From the NCBI RefSeq assembly GCF_036321535.1, contig NC_087437.1, positions 118,112,001 through 118,176,000 of the forward strand: DNA of 64,000 nt, read 5' to 3'. Positions 13,061-25,911 of the stretch are shown here, in pieces (positions within the stretch are counted from its first letter, which is position 1; every line of letters begins with the position of its first letter). This DNA comes from Camelus dromedarius. Its lineage: Eukaryota. Below the pieces are notes generated by a model, which was not told the origin of the DNA, did no database searches, and saw only the letters and a list, made by a program, of their open reading frames with translations. A program made the position numbers and the translations under genes.

Positions 13061-14229
13061 CAACATGTGTCCTTTTCTTCATTTTTGCTTTCTTCTCCAT
13101 AATTTTTTCTTTTTGAGTTAGAACACTAAGATAAGGATCTTTGATTCTCTTTCCTTTGCTACTTCCCCCATGTTTTCAGGGGTCTCAAGAGCGCCAGTGG
13201 CTACTTGGCCATGAAAACAACACAGAAATGATATGAACAGATGGCAGTACATCAGGGTAAAACACCCATCATTCCATTCTCAGGAAGAAGCTATTTGGGC
13301 TTATTGAAAACTATACTTCCAGGGTTGGCTGGCTTAAGAAATAATGAAAGCAATCTAGAAAAAATATAACATTTACTTTCACCTCGTGCCTAATTACAAA
13401 CCACTAAAATGTTTTTTAAGTGGGAACAAGTGTTATTAGCAGTGAAGTGGTGAGAGGGAAGAGAGTTCCGAACAACTGATTTTCCATTGGGTGCATTTGC
13501 CTGGAGTCAGTACATCAATGCAAAGCCATATCCTAGCACCATTTTGGAAAATAAATGTAACAGAATTTTGTTTAATTGAGTCACTCAACAGTGATATTTT
13601 TGCTTCTGTCTATTCTTAGTGGTTTTATATTCCTAATTCTTAAAGAAGCTTTTTGTGTGTGAAGTGCAATGCTAAGTTAAGCAAGAGATTTCTCAGAAGT
13701 TTCTAAGAAAACTTTCTTGCATCAGTGAAGGCTACTGTTTTAAATTCATCAGTATAATTAATTGCAATCACATTTTTAAAGGAAAATTGCTAGAACGGCG
13801 ATCTGGATGTAGAACTTGCCCCTGCATGCAGTACTGCTGAGAGGAGGTATGACGGCCCACTTTTCCACTTCACATTCAGAGGATCTGTAGCTATTATTTC
13901 TTACTTATGAAGTAAAATTGACTGCACCTGGGCGTATTATTAGCTGCTCACCACAGGGAACCTCTTGCTGATGGGCTATAATTTAGCAGAGAAGAAAAAA
14001 AGGCAAGCCAATTAAAATGAAGTGCATCACTTGATGCCCTTTCGCTGATTGTTTGTCAGAATTTATGATCTTATATTGAACAAATAAGGGATAATTAGAA
14101 AAGGAATAAGTGTGACATAATCAAAATTTGGGGAACAAATTACCTCTCCTGCACATGAAGAAAAAGTCTCTCTGAGCCCTCAAAATTGGTCCTGCCCAAG
14201 GAGGAAAGCACACCACACTGACTGGTAAC

Positions 14230-14632
14230 CCCCAGAGAACTTGAGAGAAGCCCATTAACCAGGTCCCGACCTCACCGCCAGGGGTTTGGGTCATCTGCAC
14301 CAACATTATGATACACGGTGGCCACCAGCTTTTCTTCTGGTGGTATGTGACCATGTGAGCAGCCCCCCAAAAGCGCTGACTCCAAGACTGAAGCGGGCTT
14401 CCCCCTCTGGGCAACTTGGCACGTGTCACACAGTTCATGACCGGAGGAATAAGCGTGTCCTGTGTAATTAATGGGGAGGACTTTGCAAGCCAGTGCCAGC
14501 TCTCATCCAGACTCTGCCCGATGTGTCTTTTCCCTTTAGTGACTCTGTTGTATAGTCTCTCACTGGAATAAACTGCCCCTAGGTCCTAAGCTGTGAGTCA
14601 CTAAACTTGAGGGTGGCCATAGGACACCAAAA
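14230..14632 (+). mobile_element. ERVL-class LTR (MER21/MER68/MER77-like)
   Basis: GGGCTTCCCC..GGAGGAATAAGCGTGTCCTGTG..CCAGACTCTGCCCGATGTGTCTTTTCCCTT..AATAAAC..CACTAAACTTGAGGGTGG. Confidence 0.7.
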
Positions 14633-14863
14633 AAGAAGGCCAGATAGAAGTCAAGGCTGAGGACAAAAGAAAGTCACAGAGTGGACGGGGGCTGCTGGCA
14701 CCACTGAACACCAGAGGCCACAGCCAGCCCACTCCCAGCCCTGACTAACACCAGCATCAGACACTGGAACATCACTACCCTGGACACCCAAAGGCCTGTG
14801 ATCAAAATGGACCCAAAGTTCCTATTTCCTGGCCTCACCAACTCCCATATATTGCAGCTCAGA

Positions 14864-15065
14864 GCAGAATTTCTCAGCCTCGGCACAGGAGACATTCAGG
14901 GCCAGATAATTCTTTGTGAGACATTCTGTCCATCGTAGATGGCAATATCCGTGATCTCTTCACACTAGATGCCACCAGCTCCCTCCCAATCGTGATCATC
15001 AGAAGTATCTACTGACATTGCCACAGGACTTCTGGGGGCAAACCACCCCTGGCTGAGGACCACAG
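14864..15065. mobile_element. MER20 (hAT-Charlie)
   Basis: TTTCTCAGCCTCGGCAC..GGGCCAGATAATTCTTTG..CACTAGATGCCA..GACATTGCCA..GGGGGCAAA. Confidence 0.88.
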
Positions 15066-16290
15066 TAGTAGCTGCATTCACACCTGGAAACTGACTCTGT
15101 TAACTCACCTTCTACTGTGTCCCCCCTCCCACCAAAGCTCGCATGGCAGACCCATTCCCAGATAGAGAAAGGGCGTCCAGGAGTAAGGTCCCCGGGCGCT
15201 TTGCGCACCATCAGGGCCTCCATCCTTGCGGTTGCCTGGGTTAAAGTGAAAAGTGAAAGGCAATGGGAAGTGTAATCTACTTTCTCAAGGACGTTTTCTT
15301 CACTCACATTCCGGCACCTGAATTGAGAGCTGTGTGGGACTGATTAAAGTATGGTGTTGTCTTAAGAAATTAAAGCCTATGTTTCAATAAACATCTCTGA
15401 TAAGAAGAAAATTGCTGGTCAGTGCACATAAAATCAATAGGCTTCTTGACATCTCTCATGTGTGCTCTATTTTCATAAAATCTAAATGAAGATTGAATCG
15501 ATGCATTTTTAAAAAGCTACCTGATGAGGTCCACCCTGAACTCTCCATGGTCTCTGCCCTTGTGGAACTTCCACCCAGTATGGTCTGAGGAGAGGTGGGA
15601 GGAGGGATGGAGAAGGTGCCCCAGGGCGGGGTGGGCTGGACTGGAAGGCTGTACCACGATGCTGCATCCTCACCGCATGTGCTGCTGTTACCTGCCATCT
15701 GAGACTGGGAAGGGGCAGGATGAGGGAGGACCATAAATCTCCATCCTGGACAGCTGGGTTTGTTCTGCCCAAGTTTTTTTCCGCATATTTGTGCTCTGTC
15801 AGATATAATCTACAGAGCACTTGATAAATTCTGAATGACTTAATGTGAATATCATAGGTTAAGAACATCACTCCAAATTGACAGAATTTAAAAAATCAGT
15901 ATTTTAGGGGTAATGCTTTTCAACAATATATAATTCACTCTAATTTTATTGTTATTCAGTCCACATTTCTCCATTTTGTTCACAAGTATGAAATAAAATA
16001 TTGCACCTATTAAATTATTCTAATACAAAATTTAACTAACTCATCAAAAAGAAAGGAAATAGGGTCCCTCTGACATAACTTATTCTTAGTGAAGGCTTCT
16101 GTTGATTACCACTTTGTTTAGTATCTACTCCAAAACAATCTACAAAATAACATGTTCTAGATGTCTGTTTTCCCATCACATTCACAAGCACTGTAAATAT
16201 GCAAGACCATAGTTTCTGGACTTAATGTATTCTTCTTCTGTGAAAGAGAAAATCTGAATTGGAAAGTTGTTTTTAAAAATCCCAGTCAAA

Positions 16291-16370
16291 GGGGGAGGGT
16301 GTAGCTCAGTGGTAGAGCACACGCCCAGCACACATGAGGCCCTGGTCAACCCCCAGTACCTCCAGTAAAG
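16291..16370 (+). mobile_element. tRNA-derived short SINE (camelid Vic-1-like)
   Basis: GGGGGAGGGTGTAGCTCAGTGGTAGAGC (A box) with damaged B box; perfect 17-bp TSD TAAAAATCCCAGTCAAA at 16274-16290 and 16371-16387. Confidence 0.88.
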
Positions 16371-16389
16371 TAAAAATCCCAGTCAAAAG

Positions 16390-17195
16390 AGTCTAACAGA
16401 TACTTCAATAAAGAAAATACAAAAATAGCAAATATGCACATTGGGGGATAAAACCTCCAACATATTAGTCATTAAATCCTTTAAATTAGTCAATTTAAAT
16501 CACTTGAGGCAACACTATGACACCTAATAGGATGACAGGAAAGAAAAAGAAGAGGGTACAACACCTATTAGAAAGGAGAGGGGGAGGAAGGAGGGAAGGA
16601 AGGCAGGAAGGAAGGAAGGCAGGGAGGCAGGAAGGAAGGAAGGAGGAGGGAAAAAAGAAAGAAAAGATGGAAATCTAACAACATCAAGTGCTGGTGAGGA
16701 TATGAGGATAGGGAGCAACTGGGAGTCTCATACATTGCTGGTGGGAACTGAAAATTAATTAGCCATTTTGGAAAATAATTTGACAGTTTTTAACGAAGCT
16801 ACATATTCACTTAGCATACAACTCAGAAATGCTATGCCTAGGTATTTACTCAAGTGGAATAAAAACAATGTTCACATAAAAATCTATAAATGAATGTTTA
16901 TAATGGCAGTATTCATGACCTCAAGTGCTTTATGAGAAGTGAAAGAAGCCAGACTCAAAAGGCTATGAGACTTGGGGCTTTTGGTGGGGGGTGGTTGGGG
17001 GAGTGTGGGGAAGAGGGAGAGAGGAAGTTGACTGCAAAGGGATGCCAGGGGATTGGGGGGGGGGGGGTAAACGTCAGTGTTCTATACCTGATCATGGCAG
17101 TGGTTATATGACTACGCATTTGTCAAATTTTGCAGAAATAAACATTAAAAACAGTGAATTTTGTTATAGGTAAATTATACATTCATAAAGAGAGA
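16390..17195 (+). mobile_element. Old L1 (L1MC/MD/ME-like) 3' region
   Basis: AAGTGCTGGTGAGGATATG..CATACATTGCTGGTGGGAA..CCTAGGTATTTACTCAAG..GAAAGAAGCCAGACTCAAAAGGCTA. Confidence 0.85.
16570..16667. repeat. (GGAA)n-like purine tract
   Basis: Degenerate GGAA/GGCA/GGGA units. Confidence 0.9.
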
Positions 17196-18349
17196 AAAAC
17201 AACACTTTGGTTGCAATAATGGAGCCTGGATTTTGAGGTGAGCTTACGAATAGTGGCCCAGGGTGCTGGCCTCCTACCAAACATCCTCTGGATTTCTCCC
17301 CTACATTTCAGCCTTCAGGGTTTGAGACAGGGTTCCCAAAGAGCCTTTCAGAAAACCTGTTTCAGGTGACATGTCAACCTACCTCCACAAGGGGTGCCAT
17401 CTCCTTGTGACAACTGAGGAAAACAGCAAGATGGACATCTTAGGAAAGCAGAACACTCCCCACGACACAGCTGAAAGAGGCTCTAATTTACAGAACCATG
17501 TCGGTGCACCCCTGACCAGCAGGCACCAGGCCAGGGCTGTCGAGCCCTCTATGTTCCTCATGCTGACCAGGAGGGACAGCTGTTTGCTGAAAGAGGTCAC
17601 GTCACGGCCTGGGGAGGCATAGTTCACCAGAGCCCAGCTTTCCCGACTCCTCCTTTCGTGAGTATCCATTCATCTCCATTTCGATTTGGGGTCAAGGGTA
17701 TCTGGTAAATTTATTTGGAGGTAGTGCACAAACATCACATCTGAGTAGTAATTAGGAATTGTTCTTATGCAAAGTCGGAGGTACAGAAAGGAATCAGGGA
17801 GGAGGTAAGGACTGGCACTGAACCAAGTCATGGATCAGCTGCGGAAATAGAACATGTAAGAGAGAAAATCAAGGAATGAGGAAAGTCACTTTTTAACGTC
17901 AGCTACCACCATCATGAAAACGATCTCTAAAAAAGACAAAAGCCTTTTAAATACTCAGTTGATGGGTTGTCTAATTTAGACTGAAGTTTGTGCATGTTCC
18001 CACAAACAGTACTGGGAACCCACAATTATCACCTTCCTTCTCTCTTGTTACTCCTTGATCTTCACCTGGTCCCCTAAGTCAGGGTACTTTCTTTTAAAGC
18101 CAAAAGAAAAAAAAAAAAAAGGAAAAAAGAAATTGAGTGGCAGCCACCTTGTTGGCAATACAGGAAAAATGTGTGCTTCAGTGGAAAACTTTTAACAGAA
18201 AGGTCAGTGCGAGCCACCTCTCCCTAACCCTAAGGGTAGGGATCCAGTTTGGAGGTAGGATTTGAAGGTTCCTTTCAGTCCACACTGGGTGCCTTTGGGC
18301 TCTTTGAGCCTTGAGGTCAGGACTAGACTAAACCCAGCTCTGTCTTTCT

Positions 18350-18430
18350 TTCTTTTTTTATATTTTATTTCTTATTGAAGTGTAGTTGATTTACAGTGTT
18401 AGTTTCAGGTGTACAGCAAAGCAATTCAGT

Positions 18431-18462
<32 letters not shown>

Positions 18463-18805
18463 TTATATATATATAAAATACACATGTATTTTCATATTCT
18501 TTTCCACTATAGCTTATTACAAGAAATTGAATATAGTTCCCTGTGCAATACAGTAGGTCCTTGTTGTTTATCTATTTTATATGTAGTAGTACGTATCTGC
18601 AAATCCCAACCTCCTAATTTATCCATCCTCCCCTCCCCCATTGGTAACTATAGTTTATTTTCTATGTCCGTGAGTCTATTTCTGGTTTGTAAATAAAATG
18701 TGTATTTTTTTTTAGATTCTACATATAAGTGATATCATATGTTATTTGTCTTTCTCTGTCTGACTTACTTCACTTAATATGATAATCTCTAGGTCCATTC
18801 ATGTT
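18350..18805 (-). mobile_element. L1 3' end with internal (TA)n
   Basis: Antisense L1 3'UTR; perfect 15-bp TSD CAGCTCTGTCTTTCT at 18335-18349 and 18806-18820; TA tract ~18431-18480. Confidence 0.95.
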
Positions 18806-18920
18806 CAGCTCTGTCTTTCTGGTCATGCTTTTGACTGAGCTGGCTCAGAACCTGTCCTCAGGAAGTATTTGTTTAGAACTAAACACACTAAACACTGATT
18901 TGTATGTATCTAATACCGAA

Positions 18921-18966
18921 AGAAGAAGAAGGAGAAGAAGGAGAAGGAGAAGAAGGAGAAGAAGAA
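18921..18966. repeat. (AGA/AGG)n trinucleotide repeat
   Basis: Seen directly. Confidence 0.95.
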
Positions 18967-19430
18967 ACACCCAACATAAAGGGTTACAATACACTTACTC
19001 CTTGTAATATAATTGGACCTAATAAAGAAACATCACATTAGTTATCTAAGTAAATTTCTATTCATTACTAAATTAATAGCTATCTTCACGTACATCAAAT
19101 ATTGTCAACACTTTCCTGGAAGCTAAATATAAATGTAACCACTTAAATATTTAATGGAAGTAAAATGACTTTTATACAACGGAATGGATATCAGATGCAT
19201 GTACTTGCTCTATGAAACCCCTCCTTTTTCTACAATGCACCATTTTCTAAGAAGGAGATCTAAAGGTGGACCTGGGCTGCCTCTTTCATTGAAGACTGCA
19301 TAAAATATTTTGAAGCTATTCAGAGGGAATACATTAAAAACAACTTTCCTACCAGAGGTTAAGTGGCAGAAATCTTTATAGAGAAGAGTCTTTTGTTTTG
19401 TATGCTATTCCGTGAGTGCGATGAACTTAC

Positions 19431-19499
19431 TAAGCACTTTGATGTAGTAAAAATTGTGATGTGCATATGTACAAATGATCCCAACACAGCAAAAAGCAG
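19431..19499 (-). other. Candidate 69-nt exon (unverified)
   Basis: Minus strand: tttattgatttttttcag | 69 nt | gtaagt; all three frames open. Confidence 0.3.
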
Positions 19500-21779
19500 C
19501 TGAAAAAAATCAATAAAGCAGCTTTTTAACAAATGCATTCGGACCTGGATCAAGGGATAGCCTCGCAGCTATATGCTGTGGGTCTAACATTCATTACATT
19601 TTCCTTTCAAGGAAACATCTTTTGCAACAGAAAGGTGAAGTCTGTCTGTAATGAGCTTCTTCTAAGGCAGGAGGAAAGCTTCTTTTCAAATGAGATCAAA
19701 TAAACACAGCGCCTGCGTGAGGCTCGGCAAACAGAAGGGTGTGGAGGGCTCACCTTTGAAACAGAGGCCGCCCCTTGAAAACAGCTGCAGATTCAAAGGG
19801 TGAGCTTTGCAATCATGCTTTCATCTTTGTCCTACCCCAGAACAGACTGCAGTTATGTAAATATGTGGCAAGAGAAAACACTTGCCTGGGGAGACAGGGT
19901 ATTTTTGTTTTGTTTTGTTTCTGTTGTTGAAGGTACAGTCAAACACTGGAAACTGTATGCTACCAAAAGCTCACCCCGATCTGATCTGATAAGAATGCTT
20001 ACCACTCATCCTACAGCCCAACGGGTGGTCTCCTCTCAGAATTTTTTAAAGCACAGAATTTTTCAAATGAGTTCACGCTTAGAAGTTTCGTTTGTTTTCC
20101 AGTATTCATGTGGAGTGAGGCCTCAGGGCGATTTGGGGGCTGCATTCTGAACATACACCCCCATTCTGAGTTATCTTACCAGGGCTGCCTGCTCACTGCG
20201 GCACCATCACATCCTAACAGAACACTGGGCTCATCAGGTCCCCCCCGGACCCCTCTGCACCCCTCACAGTCTCTCTACACCTCATTTTCCATTTCGCTAA
20301 CATGGAAAATTGTCCTTGCCTATTTCATTGGGCTACAATGAAACAAAACAGAACTGACTCTCAATTAGCTTCTAGCACTAAAACACAAGTAGCAGACAGA
20401 CGAATAAGGCTCAGACATAAAATCTTCCTTCAGACCTGTCTTATATGAGAATCTACCTCAAATAACATGTACCCAGCAATGCCCTAAGATAACCAGATTG
20501 AAAAAAAGACAAGTTTCCCCCCAAGCCCTGACTCGCCAGGCCCTCAAAATGGAGGCAAAGGATTGCAGAAAGTGGAGAAGTAAACAGCATAATCTCCAGA
20601 TGAGGTGGTGGGCACCTGGACCGCACGACATGCCAAAGATGCTTAGTGGCGGCGTCTCATGGAAGGCAGACTGTTCTTCCAAAGAAAAGAAGGAAGCCAA
20701 GTGGAACATGAAAGTCAATACTAGTGTTTTTTGGGTCCTTAAACCTGGCCCACCAGAAGGGCCAGGGTATCTGAGGAAGCTTCTAGTTTGTCTTCTTTTT
20801 GACTATAATTTACCCGCATTGGCTCTTATTGACTCTAATACGTAGTTAAATATTCCAAGGAAATACCAGAGTAGGCAAGAAGAAGTCTGCGTGTACGCAG
20901 ACACCTTCAGGTCTGCCAAACGTTAAGGGAAGAGCAAATTGTGAAATATCTCAAATATATTTTGAAAAAGATGAGAAGGTACAATTAATCAAACAATTTT
21001 CCCAACAGTTGATTTATACCAATCATTTTACAAGTAAAGTAGAAAAAATCTCTGATTACATGTTAGAATGAGTTTTTATAATCTAAGTATGTGTATTGTG
21101 TTAGTTTTTGCCATTTTGATACATCTATTACACAATTATAGTCTTAATTATAATATACAATAACATATAAATCTTGAAGTTAAGTAAAATTTTATTTTAA
21201 GTCATTGTTTTTCAAGTGTCCCACTTTGACAAATGAACATAATTTCTGAAAGAAGAATGAGTGACCCGGAAAAATGAGAGATGTTTAAGAAACTCAACAG
21301 ATACAAAAGCCACAGTAAAATTAACATAGGGGTGAAAAACACAGAGATATACACAGAGTCCACCTTTGTCCAGATTCTCCAAAGGAAAATGAGGAATCTT
21401 GGGGAATAAGAGAAAAATATTATATCAAGATGCACTATAATGCACAGTAAGGTTATACTTAAATTCTCCAGAAGCCAGCTCTCCACGAGCCTTCCTCATA
21501 CAGAAGAGTCAATCCACAGAGGAACACAATCCTGTGTAGAGGAGGCTTCTGCCTTCTTTCCATCATCCTGAGACAAGATTTTAAGTTTCTCATCTCTGTC
21601 TTCTCTCTTAAAAGCTCTCACAAGGCCCTCTCCCACCCTTTGTCTAAACAGAAACTTTATCTTAAACGTCCTCAGTTAGAATCTCCCTCAGCTCTACACC
21701 CATGCCCCGTTAGCTCCTCCAGGCAGACCTCTTGCCATAGCGCTGGGCCCCCACCCTGTGGCTTCCTCACTCCTTCTGC

Positions 21780-23315
21780 TTGCTTTTCGCCCTGGTATCT
21801 GCTCCTCAGTTTCCTTTTCTCTATGGGATCACTGTGCCCATCATGAAACACGCTTGCTGTATCTCATCTTTAAAAAATACACATAAATAACAACAATAAA
21901 CCCAAATTCCCTTTACTAAGTATTCTCCTTTACTCCTGTCCCATTTTTTGTTTTTTGGGTTTTGGGGTTTTTTGGTTTTTTTTTTTTTTTTTGCTTCTCA
22001 ATCACATTTATTTCAAATGAGCAAGTCACAGATTCAACTTCACAGCCTCACCATCCATTCACCTTCACCCTCTTCAATATGATGTCTGCCCCACCACTCT
22101 GCAGAAATTGGCCTTATCCAGATCTCTGATCATTTTGATGGTGCCAAACCTTCATGGGTCTCATCGTGACCTCTCAGAAGTATCTGATGCAGTGAAAGAC
22201 TCCTTACCATTTCTCTCTTGAAGTCCATGACACCCCCACATTCCGATGTTTCCTCCTAATCTATTGGGTGCTCCACTGAGGTCTCCTCCTTCTTTGCCTG
22301 ATCTCTGTTACAGTTTTCAGGAATTCTTCCTGGGCTCTCTTCTTTTATCCATAGAGCATCTCATTCAATCAGTTACTTTAGAAACAATTATACAGTTGAC
22401 TACTTGCAGATTTATGTAGCTAGATAAAGTTCATATATCCACCTGGCCCCTCTACATGAGAGTCTATTATATTTAAAACTCAACCTATTTAAAATTTCAT
22501 TCCTCTCAGAAACTGGGACCGCCATTCACCCACTACCCAAGCCAGGAATCATTCTTGATTTCACCATCCTCCTGCCTCTAAGCTCCTTCTTCCCTCACAT
22601 CCCACCTCAACACAGCCTTCTACAGATCCTGTTCCTTCTATTTGCAAAACACAGCTCAGATCTGTCCATTTACCTCTACCTCAGTCCATGTGACCATTAT
22701 CTCTTAGGTGGACATTTGAAATAGCCCCCTAACTGGCCTCTCTATATCCACATTACAGTTTATTCCTTCTTTTCTTCATTAGTGTGAGTGACTGCTTTAA
22801 CCCAACGTCAGATCATGTCATACTCCTGGTTAAAATTCTTTGCTGAATTTCCACTGAACTTAGAATAAAATCAAAATTCTTTCCATTGCAACTCAGCCTC
22901 TGTCGAATCTGAACCACCTCTCTCTGTGACTTTGACTCTTTTTAAGTCACTCAGATCCAGCCACACAACCTTCCTGTATTCTTCACTGATGGATGGCACC
23001 CTCTACTCTTTGAGTGACTGTTTCTTTCTCATTCCTCAGGACATGGAGAAACTTCCATTCTTCTCTAATTTAAAACAGATGCTCTCCCACCCTGTCCCAA
23101 CACTCTCTCTCCCTTCCTTTTTTTCTGGAACATTTATAACAAACTGTAATTATTTCAATTTATATGTTTCATTTATTGCTTTTTATTTCCTATCTCCTCC
23201 ATTAGACTGCAAGCTCCCTGAAGACAGTTCCTGGCTATACAATTTTCCACTGTATCCCCAGAGTGTCCATCACATAGTAGATGTTAAATAAATATTTGTT
23301 GGTAGAATGATAAAG
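21780..23315 (+). mobile_element. Long degraded L2 fragment
   Basis: Pyrimidine-rich L2-like body ending ATTAGACTGCAAGCTCCCTGA..CACATAGTAGATGTTAAATAAATATTTGTTG. Confidence 0.82.
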
Positions 23316-23589
23316 AATTAAGAGGCTAGGGGAATAAAAAACTTTTCAATGAGGTTAAGATAGGTAGTACAAAGCCAACGGTCTAAAATTAGAAAACTTT
23401 ATTCATTAAAAAAAATTCATTAAAAAAGTTGAGTTGTTAGTTTCTTTCTTTGCATCCCAAGAAAACAGTAATTCAAATAAACTGGACATCTGGCTTCTAG
23501 ATCTTTAGCAAAGTAGGAAAGAAAGAAGAGTTTCTGTTGCCTCCAAATCATTCCAATTCCAATGGAGAAGAGAGAGATGTAATAAGTGA

Positions 23590-23708
23590 GGACAGGAGTC
23601 ATGTCTGTTTCATTTTTCATTATCTTTGCTTCCTTAGTAGCTAGTACATTGCCTGCCCTATAGCAGACAACTACATATCGATTGAATGAATGAACAAGCA
23701 AATGAACT
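23590..23708 (+). mobile_element. L2 3' end fragment
   Basis: CTAGTACATTGCCTGCCCTATAGCAGAC..TTGAATGAATGAA. Confidence 0.65.
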
Positions 23709-23838
23709 CTAGTAACCTCTGGCAAATAGAGGACAGTACAAACGACTAGGGAAGGACAGAAGAAACAGTGACAAGTAGAGTTTGGGAGATCATTACGATA
23801 ACTGAGCGAGCCAAGTCTTAAAAATTAGGTAGCATTAC

Positions 23839-24514
23839 TATGATCCAGCAATCCCACTCCTGGACATGTATCCAGAGGAAACCCTGATTTGAAAAGATAC
23901 ACGCACCCCAATGTTCACAGCATCACTATTTGCAGTAGCCAAGACATAGAAGCAACCTAAATGTCCACCAACAGATGACTGCATAAAAAAGTTGTAGTAT
24001 ATATAAATAATGGAATACTATTCAGCCATAAAAAGAATTAAATAATTCCATTTGCAGCAACTTGGATGGACCTGGAGATCATCATACTAAGTTAAGTAAA
24101 CCAGAAAGAGAAAGAAAAATACCATATGACATCACTTATATGTGGAATCTTAAAAAGGGGGGGGGATGCAGATGAACTTATTTACAAAACAGACACAGAC
24201 TCACAGACATAAAAAACAAATTTATGTTTATGGGAGGGAGTGGGGGTGGGGAGGGATAAACTGGAAGTTTGGGATTTATAGATACTATTATATATAAAAT
24301 AGATAAACAGCAAGGTCCTACTGTACACCACAGGGAACTATATGCAGTATCTTGTAATGGCGTATAATGGAAAAGAATATAAAAAGATAGGTAGATAGAT
24401 AGATAGATAGACAGATAGATAGATAGATAGGGATAGACAGAAATGAATCACTATGCTGTATACCAGAAATTAACACAACATTGAAAGTCGAATATGCTTC
24501 AATAAAAAGAAAAG
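23839..24514 (+). mobile_element. 5'-truncated L1 3' end with internal (GATA)n
   Basis: TATGATCCAGCAATCCCACTCCTGG..AATAAA tail; TSD TTAGGTAGCATTAC at 23825-23838 and 24515-24528; GATA tract ~24385-24440. Confidence 0.95.
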
Positions 24515-24924
24515 TTAGGTAGCATTACAACAAGCAGAAAAGGTAAAGAAGGCTGCTCCCACAAGAGGATCCACAGGAGCAAAGCTGACTTCTTTTGCCA
24601 TCACTTTAGGAGTAAAGGTGCTATGGAGATTCTGAACAATTCCAAGTCTTCTAGAAAATCACTTGAGATTTAAAGAGCTGGTCATTTTCCTTAAATAAGT
24701 ATGAGCAACTTATAATTATATGACTCTCAACTGCAGTTAGTATATGTTTAGAGCCTTCTCCCTTTATATGCAATCAACCACACTTCAGTCACCTAGAAAT
24801 ACAGCAAAAGTTAACCCCTACCCTGACCAACATAGATGGCAATGATTCCTCACATATCTATAGGGTGTCGTAATTCTCGCAACACTTGCATTTACTTAAA
24901 CTCCTCTATTATTCACAGCACACC

Positions 24925-25060
24925 TTTAAGTAGATATCTTATCTCCATCGCTCAGAGGAGAAAACTCAGAGAAGGGGGCAGAGTGCTTTGTGCGTGGTCA
25001 CATGGCAAGACTGAGTGACCATCGCTAGGATTCAGCTCTTCTAACTTGAAGCCAGCTGTT
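24925..25060 (-). mobile_element. MIR fragment
   Basis: TATCTCCAT..CAGAGGAGAAAACTCAG..GGTCACATGGC..AGGATTC. Confidence 0.6.
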
Positions 25061-25429
25061 TCCTACTCCCCTCCCCCACACCACAGTCGCTCTTTCTCAT
25101 CCTGGGACAGAGTTTCTCTGCTTTTTATTCTACCCTGGAGGGGAGGCATCAGGAAAAAACCTGAACATACCCCAAGTTGTAAGTAAGTGAATGCTAGCAA
25201 CCACGAGACGGCACGATTTGACCACTCTGTGTATTACCAGTTGTGTATCTAGTATGGTGAAGCAAGGCACACAACCCCAGCAGCTCGAATAGTATGTCTT
25301 TGTCTAGATGGCAAAAGAGATCACCCATAAAATGGCCAGGCCATTAAGTATCTGGGAAGCCAATCTCTTTCTTCCGATCCACACTTCAATAGTTTATCTG
25401 AATTCACCAGAACAGCATCACCAGAGAAG

Positions 25430-25870
25430 CAATGGATCCTAACTTAGGCACATGGACCCTAAAGCCAGACTGCCTTGTTCAAAGCTCAGCTCCCCCACTT
25501 ACCAGCTGGGTGATCTCTTGTAAGTTACTGCGCCACTAGGAGCCCTGGCTTTTTTGTCTACAAAATGAGGCTAACACGACTGTCATAAGGACAAAATACG
25601 TTAACACAGGGGTCAACAAACTACAGCCCATGAGTCAAGTCAGCTTGCTTCTATAAACAAATATATTAAAACACAGCCATGCTCCTTTGCTCACCTATTG
25701 TCTGTAGCTGCTTTTGCACTACAACGGCAGAGTCACAGTTATAACACAGATTTCATGGCTCACAAAGCCTAAAATATTTAGCACCTGCCACTTGACAGAA
25801 AAAAGTTTGCTGATTCTTGAGTAAGCACACGTAAAACAGGTAGACTTTCCTCTGGCATATAATAAGTACT
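25430..25870 (+). mobile_element. MIR interrupted by MER58A
   Basis: AGCCAGACTGCCTTGTTCAAA..CCACTTACCAGCTGGGTGA..CTACAAAATGAGG; MIR-like tail resumes after 25819. Confidence 0.7.
25607..25819. mobile_element. MER58A
   Basis: CAGGGGTCAACAAACTACAGCCC..ACACAGCCATGCTC..GCACTACAACGGCAGAGT..AAAGTTTGCTGA. Confidence 0.88.
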
Positions 25871-25871
25871 T

Positions 25872-25911
<40 letters not shown>
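25872..25911. repeat. (TCTA)10 microsatellite
   Basis: Perfect run. Confidence 0.98.

Noticed and set aside
13141..13260. Plus-strand exon with a strong acceptor at 13179
   Set aside because: Weak donor (GG|gtaaaa) and stops in all three frames
16291..16370. tRNA gene
   Set aside because: Damaged B box/T arm, flanking TSD and a second diverged copy indicate a SINE
18801..19007. Poly-Arg ORF
   Set aside because: Produced by the AGA/AGG microsatellite
19745..19808. pre-miRNA hairpin
   Set aside because: Stem only ~13-16 bp with a 31-nt poorly paired loop
21202..21486. Hydrophobic 94-aa membrane-like ORF
   Set aside because: Non-ATG start, T-rich strand bias explains hydrophobicity, no recognisable family or splice support
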